64,000 nt of DNA from Pachysolen tannophilus NRRL Y-2460 (GCA_001661245.1 KV454012.1:1662418-1726417); one strand, 5' to 3'; counted from the first letter of the stretch, positions 30,965 through 42,183 are shown. Translations and numbers: made by a program. The notes: generated by a model from the letters alone, not told the origin.

Positions 30965-33625
30965 ATGGGTAAATCAGGTACTAATAAGGTTGTTAGTCCG
31001 GATCATGATCGTTCTAAGGAGGAATCGCAAGAGAATAAACAGGATGATGGTTTAGAAGACATTACCACTGGGTCAACCGGTAATTTAGAGAATCTAGAGA
31101 ATTTGGATGAGTCCTGTGCTGATATCAAGAGAGAATATGAAAGTTCCGAGCCACTGAAAAGAAGACAGTCAGTTTTAATTCATGAGATTGATGAAGGGAC
31201 AGGTGAGTCTTCGTCATTATCAGCTTCTAAAAAACCCAAGAAGAGAAGAGCTCTTTCTTGTCTCTCATGTAGAAAATTGAAAACTAGATGTGATTTTGAG
31301 CTTCATTTGGGGAAATGCCATAGATGTTATAAATTGAGATTAGAGTGTTCGTTGACAACAGAGTATAATATCAATCCGGATCAATTACGGGCTTCAAGGT
31401 TAGATACAATTGCAGATAAGAGTTCTGATATTAATGGTATAAACACTAGGTTGAATAATGTCGAAGCTTCTATGGGGAAGTTGGCACAGAAGATGGATAT
31501 GTTAATTCAAATGGTTGGGAATAACCAATTCTCTTCTGCAGGAGAGAATGGTACTAATTCTAATGTTACTAGAAGATTATCAGGCTCAATTGGCTCCGAT
31601 CAGAGATCTCAGTTGACAAGTTTTGCTAAACATATTACTAGAAATACTAATAATGATCTTGATACATATGTCAAAGAATCCCCATTGAGTATTATCAAAC
31701 AAATTGATTCTAAATTATTTAAGCGGATTAACAAGTATGATCTTTTGGAGAAAGCATGTGAGGAATTCTTGGAGTTTTATTATGCAAATGAAGAATTATG
31801 CTTACAACTTGGTAAATCTTTTTTAGAAATATCTCATTTCTGGATTATACCTGGAGGTATCAAAGAATTGAATAGAAAATATGTTATGGAACATCCGTTC
31901 ATTACGTGTGTGTTTGTGATCTTGGCAATGTGTTTTGATGAAAATTACAATTATGTTGAAGAGCAAAAACTGTTGTATCGTTTGACCACAAAATTGTTGG
32001 GAATTGCTTTAATTACTGATCCTTTAACAGACCACGATATAGAAGCTATATTATATATATCCTTGTATAATATAGCTAGAAAACCAAAGCAACCACAGAT
32101 TGATAATTGGTTTCTTTCCGCTACAGGTATTAAACATTTCATATTATCCATGGATTTCATTGCCATTAAAGAGAGAATCTTAAGGTATAATATTTTTGAT
32201 CCTGATGACTTATATCATTTAAGAATATGGAATTCTCTTTGTGCTTCTCATTTCCAGGCAGCAATTTCTTCTGGGCGACCAGTTAGTATTACAAAAGACT
32301 ATTTCGATATTCATAGCCTAAGCTTGAAATTTCCAAAAGCTACTATTGGTGATGCTATAAAAGTTTCAGAATTAGATTTAGATGTTAAATTTTTAACTAT
32401 ATTGGATGACTTATCACAATATTTCAAGACAATAGATTTTGAAGAAATAGTCTGTGATAATTTTTTAAAATTTAAGGAATTAGAAAGTTGGAAATTGAAA
32501 TGGGAGCATTTAATCAAGAAAGATGTTTCTGGAATATTGTTGTTTGCTTATGATTATTTTTATATTATTCTTTCTCGCCGGTTAATAGGTTATATAAAGT
32601 GTGATAAAACAAGATCAAAAGATACACGCCGTTTATCATACACCTATAATACAGCTTGTCATCATTCGTTTATGACACTAGAAAGATTATTAAAATTGCC
32701 ATCTTCATTGATTAGAGGCTCACCCTCGACAGCGTTGGCTCAAATAGTTTATGCTTCTTTAACCTTATGTGATTTTCTTCAAATCATGAATGTTGAAGAA
32801 AAGACCATGACGTTAAATTTGATTTCCAAAATATATTGGCATTTAAACCATATTGGTGAGAAGATGAATGATGCTACCGATACTGTTGGTAAGATCATTA
32901 AAAGTATTGTGGAAGCAGCAAATAACAACAACAACAATAATAACAATAATAATACCGGCAATTCTACCACGTCTCTTGCTGCTAATGGTAATGCAACTAA
33001 TAGTAAACGTGAAAATAGCGAGTTTATGAAAGTTACCGAGCCTAACCCAACTAGTTCATACCAGAAACATCCAAACGATACAGTCTATGAAGCTCAAATT
33101 AAACCTCATGCTTCAAGGTCTAACACCAATATAGGTTCTTTTCAAACAGCATCACCAGGAGAAAGTATTACAAGTAATTCCAGTTTCTCAATGTTGAATA
33201 ATCTATATTCAGGGAATTTGAAAAATATTCCAATAAGTTCTATGACAACTGAGTTTGAGAAGTATGATAGTCCTCCTTCTTTAGAGCTGCATCCTCTTAC
33301 TTATCAACGTGCGATACCTACTCCTCAGAGATCAAGACTGAAAAGGGTGTCTCAGACATCCATGTCTGCTGTTTCATCAATTGATGATAATAAGAATACT
33401 GATGGCACCAAGGCATCTCCTTTTGAATTTGAGTCTGTGGAGATACCTGATGTTTCTCAATTTAATACTTTTGAAGAATTTTTTAATGGGTTGTTCAGTG
33501 ATTTGCAAGGGAATTTTGGCAATATCAGCGGTTCAGGCTTAGGAACACCAAAACTTACAGGAATAGGAAGTACACTGGGGTTTACAGGTACAGGCAAGAA
33601 TAATGATGGGAATGAAATGTTATAA
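30965..33625 (+). CDS. URC2: Zn(II)2Cys6 transcription factor, Urc2-like
   Basis: SCLSCRKLKTRC......KCHRC......C cluster and a HFWIIPGGI motif. Lies between SPS2 and FPR2 as YDR520C does. First ATG at 30965. Confidence 0.8.
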   Translation: MGKSGTNKVVSPDHDRSKEESQENKQDDGLEDITTGSTGNLENLENLDESCADIKREYESSEPLKRRQSVLIHEIDEGTGESSSLSASKKPKKRRALSCLSCRKLKTRCDFELHLGKCHRCYKLRLECSLTTEYNINPDQLRASRLDTIADKSSDINGINTRLNNVEASMGKLAQKMDMLIQMVGNNQFSSAGENGTNSNVTRRLSGSIGSDQRSQLTSFAKHITRNTNNDLDTYVKESPLSIIKQIDSKLFKRINKYDLLEKACEEFLEFYYANEELCLQLGKSFLEISHFWIIPGGIKELNRKYVMEHPFITCVFVILAMCFDENYNYVEEQKLLYRLTTKLLGIALITDPLTDHDIEAILYISLYNIARKPKQPQIDNWFLSATGIKHFILSMDFIAIKERILRYNIFDPDDLYHLRIWNSLCASHFQAAISSGRPVSITKDYFDIHSLSLKFPKATIGDAIKVSELDLDVKFLTILDDLSQYFKTIDFEEIVCDNFLKFKELESWKLKWEHLIKKDVSGILLFAYDYFYIILSRRLIGYIKCDKTRSKDTRRLSYTYNTACHHSFMTLERLLKLPSSLIRGSPSTALAQIVYASLTLCDFLQIMNVEEKTMTLNLISKIYWHLNHIGEKMNDATDTVGKIIKSIVEAANNNNNNNNNNNTGNSTTSLAANGNATNSKRENSEFMKVTEPNPTSSYQKHPNDTVYEAQIKPHASRSNTNIGSFQTASPGESITSNSSFSMLNNLYSGNLKNIPISSMTTEFEKYDSPPSLELHPLTYQRAIPTPQRSRLKRVSQTSMSAVSSIDDNKNTDGTKASPFEFESVEIPDVSQFNTFEEFFNGLFSDLQGNFGNISGSGLGTPKLTGIGSTLGFTGTGKNNDGNEML

Positions 33626-33747
33626 ATTAAAAAGTAAGGACGCAAAGCTAGATCGGTTTCTTTTTTTTTTATTTTTTTTATCTTTTGTATATTTTATCTT
33701 CTTCTATGTATATTAATAGATTTATATATCATATAACATAATTGAGA

Positions 33748-34295
33748 TTATAATTCATCTTTGGATAATTCATCTTCTGGTGACTCATAACCGTCAATAC
33801 CTACTAGTTCGGTATGGAAAATCAATGTAGCACCAGGAGGAATAACACCACCAGCACCTCTACTACCATAAGCTAAGTCTGGTGGGATGGTCAACTTACG
33901 TTTTTCACCAATACACATATTGGTCAATCCTTGATCCCAACCTTTTATAACTTGTCCACCACCTAATTTAAATTCTAAAGGCTGACCTCTTTCGTACGAA
34001 GAATCAAAAGTGGTTCCATCTTGTAACTCACCTTGGTAATGCATCTTGATAACATCCCCAGGTTTTGATTTCCTTAAGCATTTTGATGCTGGAACTTTTT
34101 GTGTGATTCCTACAAATATCAATATATAATTCAATTTTTCAAAAAGTTAGTTTTGTAATTTTTAATAATTAATATGAAAAATATCAACTTACCGATCTGC
34201 AACTTATCAGAGGCAGCAGAAGCCTGCACCTCAATTGAAAATAAAACAACAATTAAAAGAGCTAACCAAGCTGAGAAAGACTTTAAAGAAAGCAT
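33748..34295 (-). CDS. FPR2: ER FKBP-type peptidyl-prolyl isomerase; intron 34110-34192
   Basis: Signal peptide, LQI-G|GITQK splice (GTAAGT...AACTAAC...TAG), intact FKBP motifs ([26 protein letters not shown]) and C-terminal KDEL. Confidence 0.95.
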
Positions 34296-34580
34296 TTCAA
34301 CAATTCCAAGATCTTTAATTTGTTTAATTAATAATAAATAAAGTATATATGTATACGTATCTTTTTTCAACTTTTTTCCTTTTTCACTAAGAAAATTTGG
34401 GTTTAAAATAATTAATTGGAATATAAAGTTTGAATTATTTCTTTATACAATTTAGCTAGCTATACACGGATGCCTATATTGTATTGTAAGATTCTATTGT
34501 CCATATGGAAACAAAGATGAACAAGTTTAATAGTCTTCTTTTTCTTTTTTTTTTTTTTTTTTTTTTTTTATGAATTGTAT

Positions 34581-35275
34581 TCACAATTCATCTTTTTCAA
34601 CATTGTTCTTTGGCAGTTCATAACCTTCAATACTCAACAATTCAATTTTGAAAACTAAAGAATCAGCACTTGAACCTACAATTCCAGCCAAACTAGAAGG
34701 AACAGTTAATTTACGTTCTTCACCAATACACATATTTCTTAAACCTTGATCCCAACCTGGTAAAACTTGTCCTGCACCCAATTTAAACACAGTTGGGCGA
34801 CCTTTAATTTTTGAGGAATCAAATACCGAACCATCTGCCAAGTACCCTGTATAATTAATGGTTAAAACATCACCATCTTTGGTTTTTCTAGCACATTCAT
34901 CATCTCCAACTTTCTTTGTAACGCCTAAATCATTTAAGTTTAATTAGCAAAAAAAAAAGCAAAAAAAAGTTAGTAAACAATAACTTATCTTATCAATCAT
35001 ACAATCTTGAAAAAAGGTGGGAAAAAAAAAAATAATTTCAACTCACCTATTTGAACAGAATCATCACTATTTTGATTTTGAGCTTCAGCCCAATTATGTT
35101 TTATATCATTGGAATTCACATCAATCACCTGAGGTTGTTGATACGGATTATCTCTCTTAACAGATCTTGCATTTTTCCTTTTTTTATTGGATTTTTTAGC
35201 ATCAACATCAGAAATAAGACTTAAAACTATCACAAACAACAACAAATAAAACAAATAACTTTTTCCAAACAACAT
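34581..35275 (-). CDS. Second, divergent ER FKBP (tandem FPR2 paralog); intron 34925-35046
   Basis: Exon 1 ends VQI-G|GTGAGT, with TACTAAC at 34969-34975 and TAG|GC GTT. Exon 2 reads VTKKVGDDECARKTKDGDVLTINYTGYLADGSVFDSS...GWDQGLRNMCIGE...KDEL. Confidence 0.9.
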
Positions 35276-35487
35276 TTTTCATCAAGTTAAATTCTTTTTT
35301 TATAAAAAAACTAATATTTGTATCTTTTAATGTAATGAGCTGATCAAATTGATAAAAAAAAATGAAAATTTCAAATTTTTTGGTTGTAAAAAAAAAAAAT
35401 TTTTTTTTTTTGGTTTTTGTACAAAAAGGAAAAGAAAAGGAAAAAACTTGAAGTTAAACTTGAACTTGATTTCAATTGAAATGAATT

Positions 35488-36342
35488 ATGAACAAATTAG
35501 ATTCTGAGAAAGTATTGAATAGGTTTCTTGGATCAGATTTAAATTTTGAGGTTATTTATCAAAGTTGGGATGGTAATTGTTGGAATTGTGAGAATGATGG
35601 AAATGATGGGATGATTTTTGCAGGTGTGAAAAGATTATGTATATTAGATTCTTCATTTAATCCACCACATGATGGTCATTATTCTTTAGCATTTAAATCA
35701 GTGAAATTCCAGTTTGAACAAGATATTGATGAGGATGAGGATAAAGCGTTATTGCTTTTACTTTCTGTTAAAAATGCAGATAAGATAATACCTGAACCTG
35801 TTTCCTTTAATCATCGAATTAATATGATGGTATTATTAGCTGATGATTTATCAAAACATTTAAATATTAAAGTTTATGTTGGATTAACTAAACATGCAAA
35901 ATTTGTTGATAAGGCATTTTCAATTTTGAAGAATTTTGATAAAAAATTACAAGATTTTATTAAATTAGTTTTCTTGGTAGGATTTGATACATTAGTTAGA
36001 ATATTTGATGCTAAATATTATAAACCAATTAGTTTACAAAAAGCATTACAAGGTTTTATGGAAAAAGTGGACTTGTTTGTGTTGACAAGAGAGGATGATA
36101 AACAAAATTTTATTAGTTTAAATGATCAATTCAATTATGTTGAAAAAATTAAATTAAATAAATTCCAAGATATTCCAGCTGAATGGGGCCAAAACATTTA
36201 TCTATGTAAAGGTGACAATAATAGTCTCAAATTAAGTTCTTCTAGAATTAGGAAATCTATCAAAAATGGTGATTCCAATTGGAAGAATTATGTTAATGAA
36301 GAGGTACAAAAATATATTGAATCATTAAATTTGTACAAGTGA
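35488..36342 (+). CDS. POF1: Nicotinamide mononucleotide adenylyltransferase Pof1
   Basis: ILDSSFNPPH.GH, LLLLSVKNADK, KFVDK, FLVGFDTLVRIFD.KYY and SSSRIR. Confidence 0.92.
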   Translation: MNKLDSEKVLNRFLGSDLNFEVIYQSWDGNCWNCENDGNDGMIFAGVKRLCILDSSFNPPHDGHYSLAFKSVKFQFEQDIDEDEDKALLLLLSVKNADKIIPEPVSFNHRINMMVLLADDLSKHLNIKVYVGLTKHAKFVDKAFSILKNFDKKLQDFIKLVFLVGFDTLVRIFDAKYYKPISLQKALQGFMEKVDLFVLTREDDKQNFISLNDQFNYVEKIKLNKFQDIPAEWGQNIYLCKGDNNSLKLSSSRIRKSIKNGDSNWKNYVNEEVQKYIESLNLYK

Positions 36343-37740
36343 AAAAACCAAATATATACAACAAAAATACCATTTGGTGAAAAGTTAAAAAGTCTTGGTC
36401 AACTCCTGCTAGACTATAGAAGATAGACGACAGTCCATAGTGGGGAAACAAGAGAGGGGTCGCACTACTAATTTGGTAGTTTTGCACAGCCCTTAACAAA
36501 TACAAAATACGAAAAGAATGGGGCTGTTGTTTGATTTTTTTTTTAATTTTTATTTTTTTCCATGAGGTTCTTTCGAAACCAAAATCGCCCTTATATTAAA
36601 GGATATATATGCCCTTAATTTTTCCATTCACTTTAGAAACAGGAATGGGCAGATTGAGAAAAGGGCAGACTCGGTAAAGTAACATGCTTTTGTTTGTAAA
36701 AAAAAAAAAATCAATTTTTTTAAAAAATATCTTTGAAACTCAACTGCACAAAACTGGACCTAAAAATGTTGCAAAGACTTTGAAAAAATTCTGAGTAAAA
36801 CTAAAACTCTTGAACTTTCAGTATATCGATTTTCAAGTTCATCCATAAATTTCTTTATAGTCTTGATAGACATTAAACAAATAAATTGATTCTGTGGCAA
36901 ATATAGGTGAATATGTTGTACTTGCCCTTGTCCATGGAAAAATGACAGAAAAATTCGCGAATTCACCCCTGCAACTTGGGTCTCCGCACATAGAGTAGCC
37001 AATCATAGCAAAGAATTTATAAGGTTGCCATGGTTACAATATTATAAAATTTAATTGCTGGGAATTTGAATAAATTCTTTTTAATTTCCACCACTTTTCT
37101 ATAAAATTTTTTCTATTTTCTATTGTTCAAATTATTTTTTTAATTTTTTTTTTTTTTTTTTTTTTTCTCCAAATTTCGCTGGAAAAAAAAGGGTTGACTA
37201 CTTTTTTCCTAAGCGTTAAAGCATATTTTTGTGGTAATACACTACAATAAATAATAGGTTTACTCTTATTAGTTGTGCTATATTATTTACTACTACACTA
37301 CTACAGCCAATCGAACCGAGTTTCCAGATACATATATATATATATATCATATTAGTTTTACTAGCGGGTCTCAGTAATATTATCATATATATTATCTATC
37401 ATTTGGAATTTTTTTTCTTTTTCTGTTTTTAAATTTGTCATTTTTTCCCCCTTCAAATTTATTAAACTCCCAGCAGTTGTATTCTGACCACTTAATTGTG
37501 CCGTTCAGTTTTAATTTTGCCACCGTGTCCATAATAGTTGTTCAAATTTTATTCTGCCAACCAAAAAAGGAAGGAAAAAAGAATTTTTTTTTGTTTCGGG
37601 TCAACAACTTATATTTGAGCTTTTGACACTACTATTTTGAATAATTGGACAAACAGCCCCGTCCCCCTAATTTCAGAATACACCCCGCACCACCAATTAA
37701 TTTTTTTTTTTTTCAAGTATTATTATTTTTTTAACAGAAT

Positions 37741-39000
37741 ATGGCGTTATCGATGAAGCGTGATAGTTCGAATTTATCATTATCAACTTCTAGTCACCGT
37801 TCTTTCAAGAAACCACGTATTTCGTTAAACAGGCATCTTAATAAGGATGCTACTGTTTTGAACTGTGGTTATTCCATTCCAATTCCACATGACCAAATAT
37901 TATTAACACGTTCATCAGGTTATTATTGTTCATCGAGTGAAGAGGAAGATCAAGAAGATCAAGAAAATCTTTCTGTTGCTAATGATAATGATGATGAGGA
38001 CTTGGTAAAGACCTTATCTTCTAAGACTAGGCTGCCATCTTTACTGAATAAGAGGAAAATTACTTTGTCGAAAAATAAAAGATGCCTGGGAAAAAACTTT
38101 AAATCAATGCCATCTAATCTTATGAATATAGAGTTGTCACGTGCGATTTCCTTGTACAGTGATGAAGATGAAGAAGTTGATAAGAAAAAGATGAAAAAGA
38201 TGAAGAAGAAGAAGAGTAAGGCTAAAAAGCCTTTGCAGGACAATCAAAATTGTGTGACGAAAGTACCTTCTTTATTATCTGTAAAAGATAAGGAAAGTGA
38301 AGTTGGAGATGATGAAGAAAATGGTTCTTCTTCCTCATCAGCCTTGAAGCCAACCAATGATCAGATTGATAATAATAACAACAACAACAACAACATGTCG
38401 TCATCGTGCTCGTTTAATAGTAAACAGAGAGTTCCCGATTATGATAGAGTTGCCAGATCTAGATGCTTTGAGTATTTGGTTGGTGCTATCGATGAGGCTT
38501 GGGCTAGGTATTGCGATGCGACTTCTTATGCTGAAGAGGAAACGTATGGGTACGATTCACCAAACACCCCAACATCTATCTCAATATCAGATGGAGATGA
38601 AAATGAATCAAGTTGCTCAGGTAATAATGAAACTGAAATTACGGATTATGATGATTCAGATTTCAATGATTCTAAAGAAACTACTTCCCCAACTACCAGG
38701 TATGCCAACGTAAATGTAAATAAGTATATGGCTAGCGGTAGTTGCAGTGGTAGAGTAACAGGTGGTCAGAAAAACCAACATCAATCTTTACAAGATCTTA
38801 AAGATAGATTAACAAATGCAAAGTATTATTTACAAGATTTTGTTGATAGTGACGATTACGAAGATTGTATTCTGTTTTGGAAAAGATGGGATATGATCAA
38901 ATATTGCACTATTGAGTTGGTTGAAGATGACGATGAAGATGATATAGTTGAAAATACAATTGATGAATTGGAAGAAGGTCGTTATCATATTGTCAACTAA
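37741..39000 (+). CDS. Uncharacterised largely disordered protein with two conserved-looking helical blocks
   Basis: 419-aa ORF with blocks ARSRCFEYLVGAIDEAWARYCDATS and LQDLKDRL..AKYYLQD...FWKRWDMIKY, plus NLS-like Lys runs. Confidence 0.75.
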   Translation: MALSMKRDSSNLSLSTSSHRSFKKPRISLNRHLNKDATVLNCGYSIPIPHDQILLTRSSGYYCSSSEEEDQEDQENLSVANDNDDEDLVKTLSSKTRLPSLLNKRKITLSKNKRCLGKNFKSMPSNLMNIELSRAISLYSDEDEEVDKKKMKKMKKKKSKAKKPLQDNQNCVTKVPSLLSVKDKESEVGDDEENGSSSSSALKPTNDQIDNNNNNNNNMSSSCSFNSKQRVPDYDRVARSRCFEYLVGAIDEAWARYCDATSYAEEETYGYDSPNTPTSISISDGDENESSCSGNNETEITDYDDSDFNDSKETTSPTTRYANVNVNKYMASGSCSGRVTGGQKNQHQSLQDLKDRLTNAKYYLQDFVDSDDYEDCILFWKRWDMIKYCTIELVEDDDEDDIVENTIDELEEGRYHIVN

Positions 39001-39065
39001 AGATGATTTAAAGAAGTCATAAAAATAAAAAAAAAAAAAAAAAAAAACGGGAAGAAATAAAAAAC

Positions 39066-39435
39066 NNNNNNNNNNNNNNNNNNNNNNNNNNNNNNNNNNN
39101 NNNNNNNNNNNNNNNNNNNNNNNNNNNNNNNNNNNNNNNNNNNNNNNNNNNNNNNNNNNNNNNNNNNNNNNNNNNNNNNNNNNNNNNNNNNNNNNNNNNN
39201 NNNNNNNNNNNNNNNNNNNNNNNNNNNNNNNNNNNNNNNNNNNNNNNNNNNNNNNNNNNNNNNNNNNNNNNNNNNNNNNNNNNNNNNNNNNNNNNNNNNN
39301 NNNNNNNNNNNNNNNNNNNNNNNNNNNNNNNNNNNNNNNNNNNNNNNNNNNNNNNNNNNNNNNNNNNNNNNNNNNNNNNNNNNNNNNNNNNNNNNNNNNN
39401 NNNNNNNNNNNNNNNNNNNNNNNNNNNNNNNNNNN
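39066..39435. other. Assembly gap (N run)
   Basis: Run of n. Confidence 1.
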
Positions 39436-39909
39436 AAANAAAAAAAAAAAAAAAAAACATTTGAAAATGTGAAAATTGAATGGTTTTTATAGTAACATAT
39501 GAATGATTATTATGTTTTTGTTTGCTACTTGTATTTTAAATTGGGTGTTTTTTTTTTTTTTGATTATCATTTTTGAAATTTTTTTTTTGTTATTTGTCAA
39601 AGGGTGTCTAATAATTCATTTGCTTTTTTTTTGTATATTAGTTGATACATAGGAAATAAAATAAAAATTGAAAAATTTATTAAAACAATTTTTTGTAGAT
39701 AACTAAAATTATTAACTACCAATTTAGCTAAAGAATCAATCAGAGTTACAAGGAATATTTCATGTTTTAAATCTTTTAATAAGTATACATGATAAATTCA
39801 AAAATAAATAAATACAACTATTAAAAAAATAAAAAATAAAAAAATAAAAAGGAACAAAACAAAACAAAACAAAACTAAACACAAATTTTTTTTATTCTCA
39901 ATTCTAAAA

Positions 39910-41202
39910 TCATTTTTTTTGAACAGGTGACTTTGGTCTTAGTTGTTCAATTTCATTATCGATAGGAACGTTACTACCAACTCTGTATAATTCTTGTTTA
40001 TAACTGTTTGGGTCGAAATTATCCAACAATACGTCTGGACTTAAAATGACCCAACCAGATCTTAATCTGATTGGGGTATTTAAACCAACTCTTGAAGGAA
40101 CTATATGTAATCTTCTAGTTGAAGAAGAGAAGTTTTCCAGTACCTGATATAAATGTTGAGGTACTGCATTATTAATCGTTTTGTCATTTTCTATATTCAA
40201 ATCTGTATTGATATTACAATGAATCAAATGATTATCAATTGATCTTCTAACTGTGCCTGTTATACACATCCAACAATGCCATTGCAAATTTTCTAAAAAA
40301 TTTTCATCAGAATCAGATTCACTATAAGGATAATAAGGAGAATCTTTATCAATTGGAACAAAAATTAATTCTTCTGATCTTCTAAATTTTTTATTCCAAT
40401 CTTTATTTTTAATTAATAAATTAGTTAATTCTGTAATTTTTTGAGTAGAAGCCCAAATGAATAAAAAACCTGGTTTGGAACATAATTTATCAATTGGTAA
40501 TTGTGTTAATAATGGATAAATAAATTGATTTTCTGTTAAAGCACCAATCATTATAACATCAAATACCAATTTATCTCTATAAATCCAATTATTTAAAGTT
40601 TCGACCATCTTATTAGGTTCAACTCTACATCCATAAGGTTTTGTTGCATATTGACCAATTTGTTGTTCTTTTAATTTAAATAATCTTTGTAATTTAGGAT
40701 AACCTTCAATTGTATTTTCAACATTTCTAATATATTTAATTGGTAATTTATCTGAATGAATATAATTATTGGAATAATCATTTTTAAAATCTTCCTTCAG
40801 TGAAATCTTGAATCTATTATCCTGTTGAACATTATGATTATGATTACGATTATGATTATGCTGATGATGCTGGTGATGCAGGTGATGCAGATGTTGTTGT
40901 TGTTGTTGCTGCTGCAGTTGTTGCAGTTGTGAGTGCAGCTGCAGTGAGTGCAGTGAGTGCTGCAGCTGAGAGTGCTGATTTTGATTGTTTCTACCAGAAG
41001 GAGTTATAGGGGGTCTACTAGTAGCACCACCAAATTTAGAACGATTCAATCGTTGTGAAACTTGTTGTTGACCCCATGATAATTGCTTAGAGTTCCCAAG
41101 TAATGATGGTTGAATTGTATTTAGTCCAGTTGCGGGCAGATTAATGAAATCATTATTAAATCTTTGCTTTTGGTAATACGAGTTCAACGAATTATAATCC
41201 AT
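39910..41202 (-). CDS. KAR4: Karyogamy factor Kar4 (MT-A70 family, METTL14-like)
   Basis: NDYSNNYIH, FD..MIG.L.ENQFIYPLL, PGFLFIW, FRRSEEL.FVP, QWHCWMCITGTVRRS and IE.LRPKSP. Confidence 0.96.
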   Translation of the reverse strand: MDYNSLNSYYQKQRFNNDFINLPATGLNTIQPSLLGNSKQLSWGQQQVSQRLNRSKFGGATSRPPITPSGRNNQNQHSQLQHSLHSLQLHSQLQQLQQQQQQQHLHHLHHQHHQHNHNRNHNHNVQQDNRFKISLKEDFKNDYSNNYIHSDKLPIKYIRNVENTIEGYPKLQRLFKLKEQQIGQYATKPYGCRVEPNKMVETLNNWIYRDKLVFDVIMIGALTENQFIYPLLTQLPIDKLCSKPGFLFIWASTQKITELTNLLIKNKDWNKKFRRSEELIFVPIDKDSPYYPYSESDSDENFLENLQWHCWMCITGTVRRSIDNHLIHCNINTDLNIENDKTINNAVPQHLYQVLENFSSSTRRLHIVPSRVGLNTPIRLRSGWVILSPDVLLDNFDPNSYKQELYRVGSNVPIDNEIEQLRPKSPVQKK

Positions 41203-41840
41203 CCCTTCTATAATCTATTCTTTAAAAATTAAAATGACAAATTTGTTCTGTCTTTAGTATTCCTTTTTTTTTCTTCTTTGTTCTTTGTTTTTTTTTGGTT
41301 TTTTGGTTTTTGTTCCTTCTTTCCCTCAAGAGAATTCCCAAAAAAAAAAAATAATAAAAAAAAAGAACAAATTAAATTAAATTAAAATAAATTAAAATTT
41401 CCCTTATTAAAATAATGTAAGTAAATGATTAACCGATATTAAACACTATTTATACTAATGAATATTAATTTATATTGATTAACAAATGATTTCAAACCTG
41501 TTTTCTTATAATACAAAAGATATAATTTATAAATAAATTTAAAGCCATAAAAAAAGAAAAAAAAGAAAACAAAAACAGATAATGAATGTATACTTCTTAT
41601 TCTTCTTTTGTCTAGACAATTGGTTGTCAAGCAAACCTTTTTCTTTTTGTTTTTTTTGTAACAGTAAATATAAACAAAAATTAGAGCAAAAAATAAAAAA
41701 GAAAGAAGAAAGAAGAAAGCAAAAAAAAAAAAAAAGAAAACGTTATTCAAATTATTATCTAATTTCTTCTTATAAATTTTTAAAACGAATAGCTTCTTAA
41801 ACCAAGTTTGTTTAGAATATATCTTTAAAAAGAATTCTTT

Positions 41841-41929
41841 TGTTTCAAAAATATAAATTGGGTTTGTTTCATCCTGATAACTAAATAATAGAAAGAGAAA
41901 AAACACACAAAAAAAATGGGTCACGTGAC
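41841..41929 (-). promoter_or_regulatory. Two Ste12 pheromone-response elements and a Cbf1-type E-box upstream of KAR4
   Basis: TGAAACA (minus strand) at 41841-41847 and 41865-41871, and the perfect palindrome GTCACGTGAC at 41920-41929. Confidence 0.6.
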
Positions 41930-42183
41930 TGCAACTTATTGTGTTTATGTGTGTGTGAGTTTATGCATGATGCATCAATTAACCGCATAAGCGAGCAGGA
42001 AAGACAAACAGAAAAGACAACTGAAAAGACAGCAGAAACCAACAAGAAACCAATAACAAGAATAGAAAGAAGAAGAAGAAGAAGAAGCTAAAGAGAGCAA
42101 AGCAAAGTAACGTGTGTATTGGAGTAGTTTTGGAGGCTTTTTCTTCTTTTTTTTTCTTTTTTTTGTGCTTATCTTTTTTCGGG

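Noticed and set aside
40861..40975. Eight CTG codons in the KAR4 Gln/His tract as proof of CUG reassignment
   Set aside because: CTG and CTA arise by single substitutions from CAG and CAA in Gln tracts. The LRE1 and GPR1 tracts also contain TTA and CTA, so this is not diagnostic.
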